From the NCBI GenBank assembly GCA_904063045.1, contig CAJFCJ010000001.1:620001-684000 (forward strand): 64,000 bases of DNA, read 5' to 3'. Under the pieces are notes generated by a model. The model searched no databases. It saw nothing but the letters and a program-made list of their open reading frames with translations, and was not told the DNA's origin. This DNA comes from Dimorphilus gyrociliatus. Taxonomy: Eukaryota; Animalia; Annelida. Shown in pieces: positions 26,401 to 39,628 of this stretch (its first letter is position 1; every line of letters begins with the position of its first letter). A program made the position numbers and the translations under genes.

Positions 26401-29400
26401 AAAAAAATTACCCGTAATTTTCATCCAATAGTGTGGAAAGTTGGTAAACTGGTATGTATATAATAGAACCAAAACAATCATACTGTACACAATAACAATC
26501 CACCAAAAAACGAAGGATATTAATCTCCATAGTTTATAAGACATTTGGAACACAATTAGGAAAATCAGCAGAAGGAGCATATAGATGATTCTATAGACTA
26601 CCGCTTCCATAAGAGCCATTGCAAGTAGCATGCCACAGCATACTAAAATCCAATACTTGCACAGGAAGAGATGAAGCCAGGATCCTATTGGGATTTATTA
26701 TATACTTTATAAATTATTATCTATGAATGAAAGCTTAACTATTTATTATCAAATAACTAAAATAAAGCTTTGTCTATATTAAACTAATAAAACCTTTACT
26801 GTAATAAAACTATATTATAGATAAGAATTTCATGGCTAAATAATAATGATAATAATAATAGTAGAAATTAATGTACCAAAAACTTTTATCCACTTTGGTA
26901 AATTCTTTTGATCTTCTGTTTCGTCTTCGTCTAAAAGAAAATAGATTATACTAAAAAAAAAAACAAAACACCTTATCTATTGCATAAAAAAAAAAGAACG
27001 GAAGCGAATAATGAGCGGAACAAAAACAAGTTTTGAATATACACTAAAGTTACGGACTATATTTAATGATAAAACTTTGCGAAGCCAGTACATCGTCGAC
27101 AAAATATGATCTTATTTCTGATTTTCTCTTCTCGCATATTTCGAGAAGTTTAAAAGCTAATTGAAAGAAAAAAATATATGCTAATATTTTTCATAGGCCT
27201 AAACTAATGAATAAAAAAAATGATCGATTAAAAGACGTAACGTTAAAAAAGACGTACAGTAAAGATGCAGGCGGTGGAAAAATTTATTCTTTTAACAATA
27301 TTAGAATTAAATATAAAAAATAAACTATGGCTAGTTTAAACGATAATGAAAATATTATTATTGGAGAGAATTTTGATGATAAGGATTTTTTCGTAAGAAA
27401 ATGTTCTTTTAATAGAACAGGAAATTTAATATGGGTTGATGCTAATGGATGTTTACCATTTTTAGGTAATTAATTTTAAACATTAAAAGTAATTAATTAT
27501 AATATTATTTCAGCGTCGTTATGCGATAGTTCAGAACCAAAAATACATTTACTTTTGAAAAATTGTTATGCTTTCTCAACCCAATCAAAATTAGGTCAAA
27601 CTGAGACGACACATTCTATAAGGAACATTAATTGTTCCTTACCTAAAAATAAGTTATTTCATCGTTGGCTTTTATGTGAATTTTTCTATTCGGCAATAGA
27701 ATTAAGCTTGTTTTATGGACCAAGAAATGATATACAGCTTTTTCTTAAAGAGCTTAAATTAAATACAAAGTTATCTCGAAATCAATGGAGAATAGTTAGG
27801 AAACTGGTATGCGGGAAACCTAGACGTTTTTCTAGCTCATTTCTCAAGGTCGAAAGAACACTACTAAAAAATCAAAATTTTGCAACACGTTCGGCACAGC
27901 AAGAAAAAATAATATCCACAAAAAATCTCCCTATGTATATTCCTCAAGCCTACACGGCAAACTTTCAAGTTTTAGTCCGACTGAATAATAGGATTATTGA
28001 AGGACGTATCATTAAATGCGAAGTCGATGGATTTTATAAAGTGAGATGCGACGATTCAATAAACTTAGTACAAGATGGTGATCTAATGCCAGTCCAGCCG
28101 CTACTGATGATACCGCTGGCTGCTTTTTTTGAAAATCATTCAAGAAGTCTATTAAATCCGGGATTACTATCTGAAGCCGACAAATATGAAAGAGCGTTGT
28201 CATTAATTGAAAGAAATCTTCTCTTAGGAGCTAAACAATTGTTGATTAACAAAAAAATTAAATTGGCAGATATTCAACTCGAACGATATCTTACAATCTC
28301 TTTGGCTATTGGAATGGCAGCTTATGATGGAATGATATCGCCAGAAATGCGTAAGATTGTTATGGAAAGACTTGTGAATATACTTACACGGGCAACGAAT
28401 CCCGAGAATGTAAAATTAATTGAATTCGTAAGAAAAACAATTAAAGCACTCTTTTGAGTTAAATACATATTTATAATTAACGATTAAAATACTTACGCGC
28501 TCCATTTTCAACCAAACGCAGACTTAAATTTGCCAAAGCTTCAGCGTCATTTTTCATCTTCCTTTCATAAGACCATTGTCTCATAGTAAAGAAAAATCCG
28601 AGAGTGAACAACAATTTCACGGTCAATACAAAACATGATTTTTCCCCATATTTCACAAGCCCTAATTCAGATAACGGATAGCCATTAGTTGTGTTAACGG
28701 GAAGCTCTTCATTAGATAGTTGTAAGCCATAAATATACTGAAGTAGGACTAAACAAATGCCATAGAAAACAATAACTGGTGAGAGAGTGAGCAATAGTTT
28801 ACTTTTCTGGGGCGTCATCCAAATGATGCATGCCGCAAGTAACATGAGAAAAGAGAGCCAACTGTGATAAGTTATACTCCATGCTAACATAATAATTAAA
28901 GCGCTAAAATGACTATGACGCAACCAATATTTATACATAGCTTGCATAACATCTGTAAAAGCTGAACGAGATTTGATAGTGGTTTGTGTAGAAAGATTTG
29001 ATTGTTCGTTTGCTGATGGCTCTTCCACGAGATTTATTTGAACCTCTTCACCATCATCCCTTTCAGTTTGTAACGTAGCATTAGCTGACTCGTTAACTTC
29101 GTCCATTGAATTATATGTAAGACGAACGGTGTCATCTTCAATTAAGGCCTGTGCGGGAACAATTTATAATTAACGATGTTAAATATATAATGTATCAACA
29201 AAATAACAAAAAGAACGGAAGCTTAAAGGAAGTTGATAAAAATTCATAAATTCCAAAACCCTTTAGTCGAATAGGTTTCAAATGAAACACATGCGATAGA
29301 TACAAGTTGGACAACAGGTTGATTATCACTATACTTACGACCCTTGATGAGTTGTCTCTCATTATTGCCTGAAATTAGACCTTACAGTTTAGAGAAAGAA

Positions 29401-30513
29401 AGAAACAAGCACCTGGCAGACTATAGCCGTATAAAAATATGCATATTCAAACATAATCTGGAGAATATGACAACATTTAAAGAAACTTACTCTTCTTTCA
29501 TCGTTCTCATTTCTTCGTTTAGAGCTTCGCTTCTTCCCAAAAAGAGTAGTTTTTTTGAAGGTAAAAGAAAGTCTATTCATAGTTGCTATTGTGATATAGA
29601 AGACAAAAACAGCTATTGGATTGACGAACATTGTCCATTGGGCATGTTGGTTTATAATGATCATCCATGGTTTGTCACAATTTCTAGAAATTAGTTCCGT
29701 AAAACCTAATAATCTAGCTGTTAAAGACGAAGGAGGTAAGGCTAACTGAAATGCAGGCATTTGATAGCAATAAATCAGTAATAAATGTATAGCGGCATAG
29801 AGCTGTAGAAATAATCTAAATGCAAAAAATTTCCTTCCAAGAGTCCTGTAGAGGGCCCAGTATAAGGTAATAGTCAAAAAAGAAATGAGATAGAAAAACG
29901 AAATAATGCACGGATAAACAATTCCACAGATTGCTAAAATAGTTGTCATCCATAAGGTAGCGACCAATTGTGTAACAGCTGTTAAACGACTTTCAAAACT
30001 TGAACTCTGTTCTGCATCATTTTCATTTCTTTCCGGTGAGGAATTCTCGGTGGGTAAAGTTTTCACACATACAATAATAGTAATAAGAGTAATAACAAAA
30101 GCTCCCAAGTCAGGTAATAGAACTCTAGAAATGTTTAAATAGTCTTTTGGTTCAATTCTTTGAAGTCCAACGTGGCGTAAAGCAATTTCTAAACCACTGC
30201 AATTCTTCAAATCTCCACCGTAATCGCTATTATTCGTATGACCATTTAGATACTCATATAGTAAGAAACCATGAAAGCTTATCTGGCTAATAACGAAGCA
30301 GATTGTTACGACGAACGAAAAAATTATAAATCTCCCGCCCGATGAGTAAATAAACTGTCTTCTATGCTGAGGCAAATTGAAAACCATAGATAATAAAACT
30401 ACCAAGCCATAGAATAATGACATCATATTAAAACGCATTAAACAACAAAATCCAAGAATAAGAGGCCAAACGACCCTCAGAGTTATCATCGATGCGTATA
30501 CTTTGCACGACAT
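20454..30513 (-). CDS. Piezo: Piezo mechanosensitive ion channel
   Basis: N-terminal LRVVWPLILGFCCLMRFNMMSLFY; many TM repeats; PFLLEMRCLMDWMWTDTTLSLSSWLQVEDIF (Piezo signature); YVSIVFVIGKF pore helix; EEELFAQLHFLYRTPETMLK C-terminus. Confidence 0.97.
27327..28457 (+). CDS. Divergent LIN-9/Aly-like DIRP-domain protein nested antisense within a Piezo intron
   Basis: Exon 1 27327-27465, intron 27466-27513, exon 2 in frame to 28457; FHRWLLCEFFYSAIE..LSRNQWRIVRKLVCGKPRRFSSSFLKVER matches the LIN-9 DIRP motif and is followed by a Tudor-like VLVRL..GRII..FYKVRCD segment. Confidence 0.85.
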
Positions 30514-31249
30514 ATTTCCTTTCTTTAACCGGAGATGACTTAGAACTCCCACAGACGCTTACCAGAGAGCATACAGACTTTCGTACCGAATAACACCTGA
30601 AACAATATGCAAACATAAAATAATGCTGACGCTCTGAATCGATCTATCTACTAATACATTTGTGAATTGGTTCATAGGTACATCTGTCACGTTCTAACAT
30701 ATATTACCTAAATCAATACATCTTATTACTACATTATTTGAAGTGGAGTTCTATAGATTTTGAATTAAGTGATACTTTCTTTAGTATGGAATGTCTAATA
30801 GGGGTGACACATCAATGTTTCGTTTTAAATCGGATAAACTTTTTGACTATTTTGGGAGCATAATACATCCTCATTTATCAAGTGTCAATTCAACGTACTT
30901 GAGTATTTTTTTAAACACTTTATTTACAAAATATTATTCACAATTACTTATTTAAAAAAAATATTGTAAAAACAATTGATTCAGTTTACCTTTCTTATCT
31001 ATGGGATAAGAAATCCACAACTGAAATAGAAGCATGAAATATTACTAAAATATAAGCTGTATATTGATAATAATTAATGTAAGCTCACCGAAAAATCATA
31101 AAGATTTAATGATTATGAAATTTTAACTGAATAAACAGAAGAATCTCATCATAAAGCATCTATGATCGCAAGTAAAGTTTGTCGCTCATACTTTGAAGAC
31201 TAGAGGGCGTTTTCAAAACAAGACGAGGAGCCAGGTTAATACCGTTTCC

Positions 31250-31266
31250 GTTTCCTTTTCTTCTCC
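31250..31266 (+). promoter_or_regulatory. Polypyrimidine TCT/5'TOP-type initiator of RPL35
   Basis: GTTTCCTTTTCTTCTCC ~20-30 nt upstream of the ATG, typical of ribosomal protein genes. Confidence 0.6.
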
Positions 31267-31283
31267 GTCTGCTACGAATCAAC

Positions 31284-31972
31284 ATGGTAGGTCTCTGAAA
31301 AATGAATTAGAATCGTGTTTTATCTAACTTTATCGAAACAATTTGCTAACGTCTTTGGGCATATCACTTATTAAATATATGGACTACAGGATTCTGCCAA
31401 AATATTTCGATAAAGATATTTTTAATAGTGTTTAATTATTTGTTACTTTTCAGAGTAATACCAAGGTAAAAGTAAAGGACATTCGCGGTGCGAAAAAAGA
31501 GGAACTTCTCAAGAAGCTCGATGAGCAGAAAACTGTAAGTAATCTCTCTTCGTTTATTAAAATTTTGACCAATTTTGAATAGTGAATATTGTAATGATTG
31601 TGGTTATCCACAGCCAGTTATCATGTTGTTCAGTACATCATCTAATAAACCATATCTAACACAACTTTATCCTCTCAGGAACTTTGCACTTTGCGAGTAG
31701 CTAAGGTTACCGGTGGAGCAGCATCCAAACTGTCGAAAATCCGAGTCGTCAGAAAGAACATTGCTCGTATCCTTACCGTGTACAACCAAGCCCAGAAGGA
31801 GAACTTACGCAAATTCTACAAGGGCAAGAAATACAAGCCCAAGGATTTGAGAATGAAGAAGACCAGAGCAATGAGACGGGCTCTCACTACCGGGGAAACT
31901 AAGATAAAAACGATGAAAGAACGTCGAAAGCTACGATCATACCCCTCACGTAAATTTGCTCTTAAGCAGTAA
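31284..31972 (+). CDS. RPL35: 60S ribosomal protein L35 (uL29)
   Basis: M|[27 protein letters not shown]|[34 protein letters not shown]...RKFALKQ*. Confidence 0.98.
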
Positions 31973-32084
31973 TTGTTACGAATACATAAGTTTGAGAGAA
32001 GTCGAATGGACTAAAATTGTGTCATTTTATTTTTTAAACAAGCAGTGAATATTAGTTAATTACATGCACGACATAAAGTAAAGA

Positions 32085-32778
32085 CTAGCTTCCAGAATGA
32101 AGCACTTTTTGAATACCATTATATAACTTTTTCAGACAGCATAGTCTTGGCCATGTGTTCTGTAGAAAATTAATCGCTATAGTAAATCATAGACGATAGA
32201 AACTTATCCCACCTGAAATAGAGGTACTAATGACGAATCCTGAAGCAAAATTGCCAAGTAGCTAACTACTTGATGCTGAAAAATATAATAGTAATGTAAC
32301 CGAGTGTATTACGACTAAATAATTTTAAACATAATATTGGAAAATCACCATAGAAATAGCCTCAGCCACAACCACATCATTGATACGACAATTATCATAA
32401 AATTGAACCTTGTTTCTACCCGTTGCATAAGTTGTGACGTGCTGAATTCCAATAGAAGACATAACATGAATAGATTCCTTTACAACTTTGAAATTTAATT
32501 TTAGAAGAACTATTAATATCATTAGAAAAATGATTGTTACCATTAACCAAATATTCTGCAAGTAAAACACGTTATGAAAATTATCTTGTGGAAGAAAAAT
32601 ATCTTACCATTTTCAAGTGCAGCTGTAGAAAGAGACTTATAGAATATAAAACAGTTGTATAAATTAACCATCTTAAGAAGTTAAATGGTTTTGCTTCAAC
32701 AGTAAATATAGTGTATAAATTTTTTGAATTGGCCTCTTTGATTTGGAGTATGGTATTGCATTGGTGGTCACCGTTCAT
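32085..32778 (-). CDS. PIGH: GPI-GlcNAc transferase subunit H
   Basis: Four exons; two TM segments then KESIHVMSSIGIQHVTTYATGR..INDVVVAEAISM|HQVVSYLAIL..VPLFQ|NTWPRLCCL, matching the PIG-H domain. Confidence 0.88.
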
Positions 32779-34666
32779 ACTTTAATGTTTTGCTCAATTG
32801 CTCCTATAACGTTGATCTATCACAACTTTTCATCAAGAAAGATTCAATTAATTCAATCATACAGCAACATGCGTGGTATGAATCAAATTTTACTTAAATG
32901 TTTTGAAAACTTGGAATAATCATTTGTCGTCTGCTAAGAGTACCTATAAGCCGTTTCCTAGTATGTCACTTATCTCGCGATATTCGATACGATATTTTAT
33001 CGCCTTCAAGCAATCGATAATAGTCACAAAAAATGATTGAAAAGTATGTTGCTGTCTTTTTTCCTCGAAATAAAAGATGCAACACCTAACCTATAATAAT
33101 TTGTATTTTGTCTAAAAAAAAATATGCATAAGTTTCAGCAAAATGAGTAGTTTTATTTGTCATGACCTTGACATTGTAATATTTCTGATACTAGAGTTTT
33201 CTTTTGAAATATAAATATAACAATTTTGAGTCATACAATTTACACTCTAAATGAATTAAAATACTATTTATCACTTATGACATTCATCCTTATGAAATTT
33301 ACATTGGTTTGATGTATTAAGTACATGACTATCTTTGGAAAAAGTAGTTAGCTATCTCGCCACCAACTATTATTTGCAGTAGCCATCTGTTTAAGATCGC
33401 AATCAATATAAAGACGGTACAAACAATCTAAAAAGTTATCTGGAGAACCTTCAAACTATCTCAGAAACTATTATTCTAAACGTCAGAGGACCAAATCAAT
33501 TTGTGTTTATAAAGAGCATTATAAAATATATATGTTTTTGGGCTAAAACTGAAATTCGATTCGATATTATAATCGATAAACCATTGAGCGATATGGTAAG
33601 CTAAATCACTAAAGTAAACAGTTTTCAAATTTAGTTCTAAAAAACACAAATTTCTTAATATGTTTTACTTATAAAATCCTGATTTCTTCACCAGTGGTCT
33701 ATTATTGTATTTTACGTCCTTCCAGTCTCGTCCGATTTCTATCGCATAAAACATAACTTACAAGGATGTATTATATTGAAAACGGTGGAAATTTTTTTTA
33801 AATGTGACATCCTTTATAAGAAATAAGTTAATAAATCTTACAAAAACGTGAAAAAATATTATATTTATTATAAATTAAAAAAAGTTTTGAACAAACTTGG
33901 AGCGGTGTGGAATAGTCTGGTTTACTCTTCTAAAATTTCCGAACGTTTTATATCATATCAATATACGCTATGTATAAAGTTATGAAACAGTGAAGAAATT
34001 ATCTAAACAAACAAGGAATCGATTGAAGGTAAGATTAAAAAGTTAATCTTTTTTAGCAGTTGAAAAATTATAGTTTTATAATTTTTCTCAATGGTAAAAA
34101 CCTGACTACTTCCCATGATTCCCAAATTCGCAACTTCCCGCTAAGTCGCATCGAGTTTTAATTGTAATCTTTTCTCCATAAAAAGAAGCTCAACAGACCT
34201 ATCATTTTCATATTTTTAATACTATACTCTTCATTAGAAATATTTTTATGTTTCTGAAGAGGCAGGAAGAATATTAACGTAAGTTAAGCTTGGTTAAGCG
34301 ATTCATGTTTTGTGCTCCTCCTTGCCTGTCTTTTTAGCAGAGAAATATTCTGTCCAAAAAGCTTTTTAATCACACTCTTAATTTCTGTTTATTCATTTTT
34401 GAGAGAGATTAGTTAAATTTAAGGATAGTTTATTCTATCGGACCAAGTTTCATGTGATAAAAGTATTATGGAGCCAGTAAAACTGACATTTGTGACTAGA
34501 GTGTGAAAGGCATTTGAAAACTTTTAATCTTTTCACATTTCCGTATAGTAGCTCTCAAGGCAGTTCTTAGCTAGCTTTCTTGTGAGAAATGATTAATCGA
34601 CTAATTGATGCTGCAAATATGAGCTTAATATACATAATAAAAAAAAGTTTATTTCCCTTAGAAAAA

Positions 34667-37277
34667 ATGCCATCAAAACGCCGAGCGAAAATAAGAAAAA
34701 ATCCTCCTTTACCACTCGAGAAAGAAAAAGAAGATGAAAATATTGATTACGGTTTGCTTAAAACATCCATGCAAATGGGGGGAAATCCAGCTATTTTGGT
34801 AAACTTATAGCGACTATTATTACTCTTTAATAAATTTATTTATTTATATTTTTAGATCGCAAGAAGTCTACAATCAGGCTCGGAAGAAGTTCAGGAGCTT
34901 CTTCTCAACGAGATTAATTTCATATTTGAATGCAAATCTTGTAAGAATATGTTCCGGTCTCTATCAAATCTCATTGCTCATAAACGAGCATTCTGCAAGA
35001 AAAATTTTGAAGAACCTATTATTTACGAAGAGCCAGAGGAAGAAACTGTAAACATTGTTCAACCTGAAGCAGCTTATGAGGCAACAAGCAAAGTAGCTAG
35101 CTCTTACGTACCCAATCGTAAAAAATTACTCTCTCCCGTAAAGTGCAATGGTAATAACTTTCATGACTCTTATGTAAATTCGCAAAAGAAAAGAGGCAAA
35201 AATTTGGTGGAGATTTTATCACAAATTGAACAAGCTAAGTTAAATAGGAAAAGGTCATATCAATTTAGCCCTAAAACAACGATCATTGCAAAACCTCTTG
35301 ATGCAAATTCTAAAGTTATAAAATTTGAAGTGAAGAAGAAGGAATGCGATGAGGGATCGGTTGAGACAGATGATGATGAAGAAGATCGTTCTTCAAATGG
35401 AAGAAGAGAAAGAAAGAGCACAAAACCAAAAAGAATATGCAAACAGGTAGATGAAGCAGACGAAATCGATCAAAATGAGGAAGAAAAAGAGGACTCTGAG
35501 TCTGGTAATGAATCAGAAAATAAAGTAATGTGCGAAGAGCAGAAAGAGAAAGAAGAAGGGGAGGATGAAGAAGAGGAGGAGGAGGAAGAAGACGCAACGG
35601 AAGAATATAAGGAAACGCAGGATGAGAATAAAACAAAACGAGTTGTCAGAAAACGAGGAAGGAAGAGGGCTAGACTTACTGCCGTCAGACCAAAAAAAAG
35701 CGGTCCGGCCTCGGCTAAGTTAATGAGCAAGTTAAGCGATTTTAATTGTGATCCCGCCACTCAAACATGCTTAATTTGCAACAAAAGACTATGTAATGTC
35801 TACGCTCTGCTAAGTCATATGATAAACCTTCATTCATTAGAAAGAACGATTTATAAATGTTTATTTTGCGAAGTACTTTTCACTATGGAATCAGCATCAA
35901 TCAGGCATATGCAAACCAAGCACGCGCGAAATGTTACACAATATACTAAAGAAGAGCTAAAAGCTAGAATTATGGCCACGTCATTTAATGTTCCAGAAAA
36001 GGAAGTCGATAATTTATTACAGCCAAGAGTATCAAGCTGTAAGAGATATGCAGTTATGCGTAGGGCAAAAAAGAGAGGAAGAGCTATTGTGAGAACTGGC
36101 TCAAAGGAGAAAGAGGAGGAAGTTGAAGATAAAAATGAATCTGAAGATGAAGAAGAAGAGAAACAGGAAATGCCTGAAACGAGTAAACAAGAAATATTAT
36201 CTATGATTTTGGCTGACGATGACAAAAGTGATGCTAAAAGAACTTCTGACGACGATCAGCTGGACGAGATGGCTTTCACAGAAGGAGATTATGAAAAAAT
36301 GCGTTCCATTATTAGCGAGAAAGAGTTGAAATGTTTGCAGTGTGATCGACTATACACAAACAGATCAAATTTATTACGTCATGCGTATAGGCATCTAGGA
36401 ATATGTCGATACACTTGTAATCTTTGCGATGCCATGTGCTTTAACAAGAGTGAAGCAAGAACACATATAAGAAGGGTTCATAAGAAAGATGTTCCTGAAG
36501 ACGGTGACATTATAGATGTTCATGAACATGTTAAACAATTTGGAACTTCTGGACTAGATAAAGTTAAGAAACGTAAAGTTTCTGGAGACAGTATCAAGGA
36601 TTTGCCTAAACCGAAGCTAGATGTGATAGAAAAGGAGAGCTCAAATAACGATGTAGTGATGAGTGTGTCTTCACTGTCTCTAAAGGTAAGCGATTTGTAT
36701 AAAATTTTTACGAATATTGTATAGTTTTTTTCAGTCTCGAGACAAGACGGATGAAACCACTGTTAAAGTTCTGCCTAAACCAAGCGGAATTCGAACGTTT
36801 TACGTGTCACCACATTCTAGCCAAGAGGAGATAAAAAATGCAGCCAAAAAATTACTAGGAACAAGTGAAAGTTCAAAAATTCGCTTATCTGAAACTACTT
36901 CCACTTCTACATCATCAAAGCAGGCTGTCATGCAGGTAGTTCATGTAGTCAGCTCTGCTCAGCCAGTTATGAAAAGACCTATCGTGAAAGCTATCATTGC
37001 CAAACCGGTTAACACGCCAAAACCACAAGTTATTAGATTTAGTGGACCTACAACGGATAGAGTTCCCTTGAAAACTCCTACAGAAGTTCGACTAATCTCA
37101 TCGAGCGAAAGAACAACAAAGTGCACCCCTATTGCTGTCAGTGTTGTAAAAAAGTCAACCTCTCAACCAACAGTAGTTAACGTAGGGAAATTGGATTCGG
37201 AAGATATGAAAATTCAACTACAAGTGGAAGATGTTAAGAAACTGGATAGATTACTTAGTGACAAAGACGATAAGTAG
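34667..37277 (+). CDS. ZNF800: C2H2 zinc-finger protein, ZNF800-like
   Basis: N-terminal ELLLNEINFIFECKSCKNMFRSLSNLIAHKRAFC resembles the ZNF800 N-terminal motif; further C2H2 pairs (CLIC..HMINLH, CLFC..HMQTKH, CLQC..HAYRH, CNLC..HIRRVH) and acidic linkers. Confidence 0.75.
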
Positions 37278-37306
37278 TTTCCTGTCTGTATTTTTAAGAG
37301 ATCATA

Positions 37307-38992
37307 CTACGTTTGAGGGTGAGGCATTACAGGTCTTTCGTCCAATTTATCGTATTCTATCGTCATGTCCTTAGCAACTTTTCGCCATGTTGACACGTCG
37401 AAAACATAATACGTTCCTCTTTCGTATGTTGAAGATTTATAACTAGGATCGACACCTTGAACCCTTGTAATCCACACTTTTTCTTCCTTATGGTATCGCC
37501 AATCACGGTGATATAATTCGGCTGCGGCTCCTATTTGCATTAAATCCCCACCGTACATATAAAACTGAAAGAAGAGCAAATCTTCTCCATATCGATTTAG
37601 TTTTATGGGAGCCAATTTTTCTCGGATGTACATATTCGTCAAATACTCTGTCGGAACGTGATAATCGATGTCTTGTGGCCGGCACGGTCCGTCCGCCCAA
37701 GGTGATAAAAATGTAGGATATAAGTTATCCGGAGCGTTTAGATTCAAGCCTAGAGTCGTCAAATCTATGCCGGGAGCTAAAGCTACTAAACTTTGATCAT
37801 TTTCGGCCGCTCGAATAAAGGTTAGAAGTCCGACTATGCCAAATTGATCTGTAACCATATTCGATGGTATATTGGAAACAATTCCGTCTCGAGATGTCTG
37901 AATTCCCTTTTTATCATCCGTTTGTCGTGAAGTCTCCCGGTTAACGATCGTCGTTTGATTCATAACGCTTCCAGTTGATGACGGTCGACCATCTATTACT
38001 GTTGTTTGTGTCGAAGCTATTTTCCCAAACGAATGTGAAACATTTTTTACTTTGTGAAACTACTAATAATAAATATAAAAAAAATCTTACGAGTCGATCC
38101 GGGTAAAGCAGGAAAGTCTTCGTTCTGAATCTGGAATTCTGACGACGTTTCCTGAGACTGTTTGTTCACCATGCTAACTGTTAAAAACCGACGACATAGT
38201 TTAAAAACTACTCACTGGAGGATATACTCGTCGGCCGAATGACTCACCGTAATTTCGCGGCGTCGATATTGCAGATGATAAACTTGAGCTACGACCTAAC
38301 GACGGAAATTCCGATAAGTCGAGATTAGGCTGGTCCACTGTGAAAGAGAGAGTGCATTCAAAGGTTTTTTAAAAATATCTAGATACTTACATTGACTTTG
38401 ACTTCTGGGGAACACTGACGGTAAAGACGGTCCGGATGAGCTGAAGTAAAATTCACTAGTCATATATTAAATTTTCAAATATCTTATAAATTGTCTTTTA
38501 AGTACCAAGAATTTCCCGACAACAGATCGCATTCCATATTTACTGTTATTGCAAATAATTGCTCTCATAGTAAATTTAATATTGTTCAACAGAGTTAAGT
38601 ACTGATTTAACGACTTGAGTACTTAACTGAATTATTGTCAAAACTAATTCAAACCAGTTTAAATCATTTACGCTCAAATGATGGTGTCTACATTTAAAAT
38701 GGAAAAATAATCCAACTCACTTCAAGAAATTGGCTTGAGGCCCTAAAGGTCGTTTATTAACGTTAAGCTGTGGTGCTGGCACAACAGAAGGCATCTGTCT
38801 TGGTGTTCTTACGGGACTATTCAACACTCCTTGCGAAAGTTGGCTTGAAGGTGATGTTGGTGTTACCGGCCTTCCAAATTGGTTAGATGCCGATATGGGA
38901 CGTTGAAAGGACGCAGTGAGATTGCTAACCGTGCTACTTGTGTTTGCACCGTACAAGCCACCGCTGCCAAATGACAGATGAGGCGTAGACAT
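37307..38992 (-). CDS. CNOT2: CCR4-NOT complex subunit 2 (Regena/NOT2)
   Basis: LDLSEFPSL and FQIQNEDFPALPG motifs; NOT box DQFGIVGLLTFIR..DLTTLGLNLN..ELYHRDWRYHKEEKVW; start codon tentative. Confidence 0.95.
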
Positions 38993-39628
38993 GGACTAGG
39001 AGAAATCGTTTGTTTTAAAACTATTAGTTATAGTGAATGATTTAATTACCTTATTAGCATGCAATTATTGGCCCCTGGAGTCTCAATCCCAGTAGCCAGC
39101 TGCAATAAATAATCAGATAAGTCTTTATGCGATATCTTTTCGATAGAATACACAGTTGATAAACAAGGAAAATTCATGATTGTCCCTGTTTCCACCATGC
39201 ATGATTATTTAATAATGATCAATATCTAACAACTGGATATATAAAGATCGGAAGGTGAACAATTGATTAGATATTCTTTCAAATTTATAGAACTTATAAG
39301 TCTTTTGAGGCTGTATGGGCTGAAAACTCATTAATACTTACAAATTTGTGGAAAATAATATGGCGGAATATTACTTAACCTTGACCTTTTAAAACTGAAG
39401 TAATCCATTGATGGAACGCGTTACCGTACTAATTCGTTCTCAACGCCATCTATATTATTACTATAATAAATACTACGAATTCAGTTGTTAAATAGAAAAT
39501 AAGCTTATTTTTAAAGGGTGTTTTCTGAGTTAGATTAAATTCTATGGACTATTTAGTTTAAACTTTTACATTTAATGTATGTAATGAGAAAGTACAGACG
39601 TAAATAATACAGATAGTTTGTCATTGAT

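Noticed and set aside
30985-31020. 31-nt exon-like block upstream of Piezo
   Set aside because: Probably a 5' UTR exon; it does not extend the Piezo reading frame convincingly
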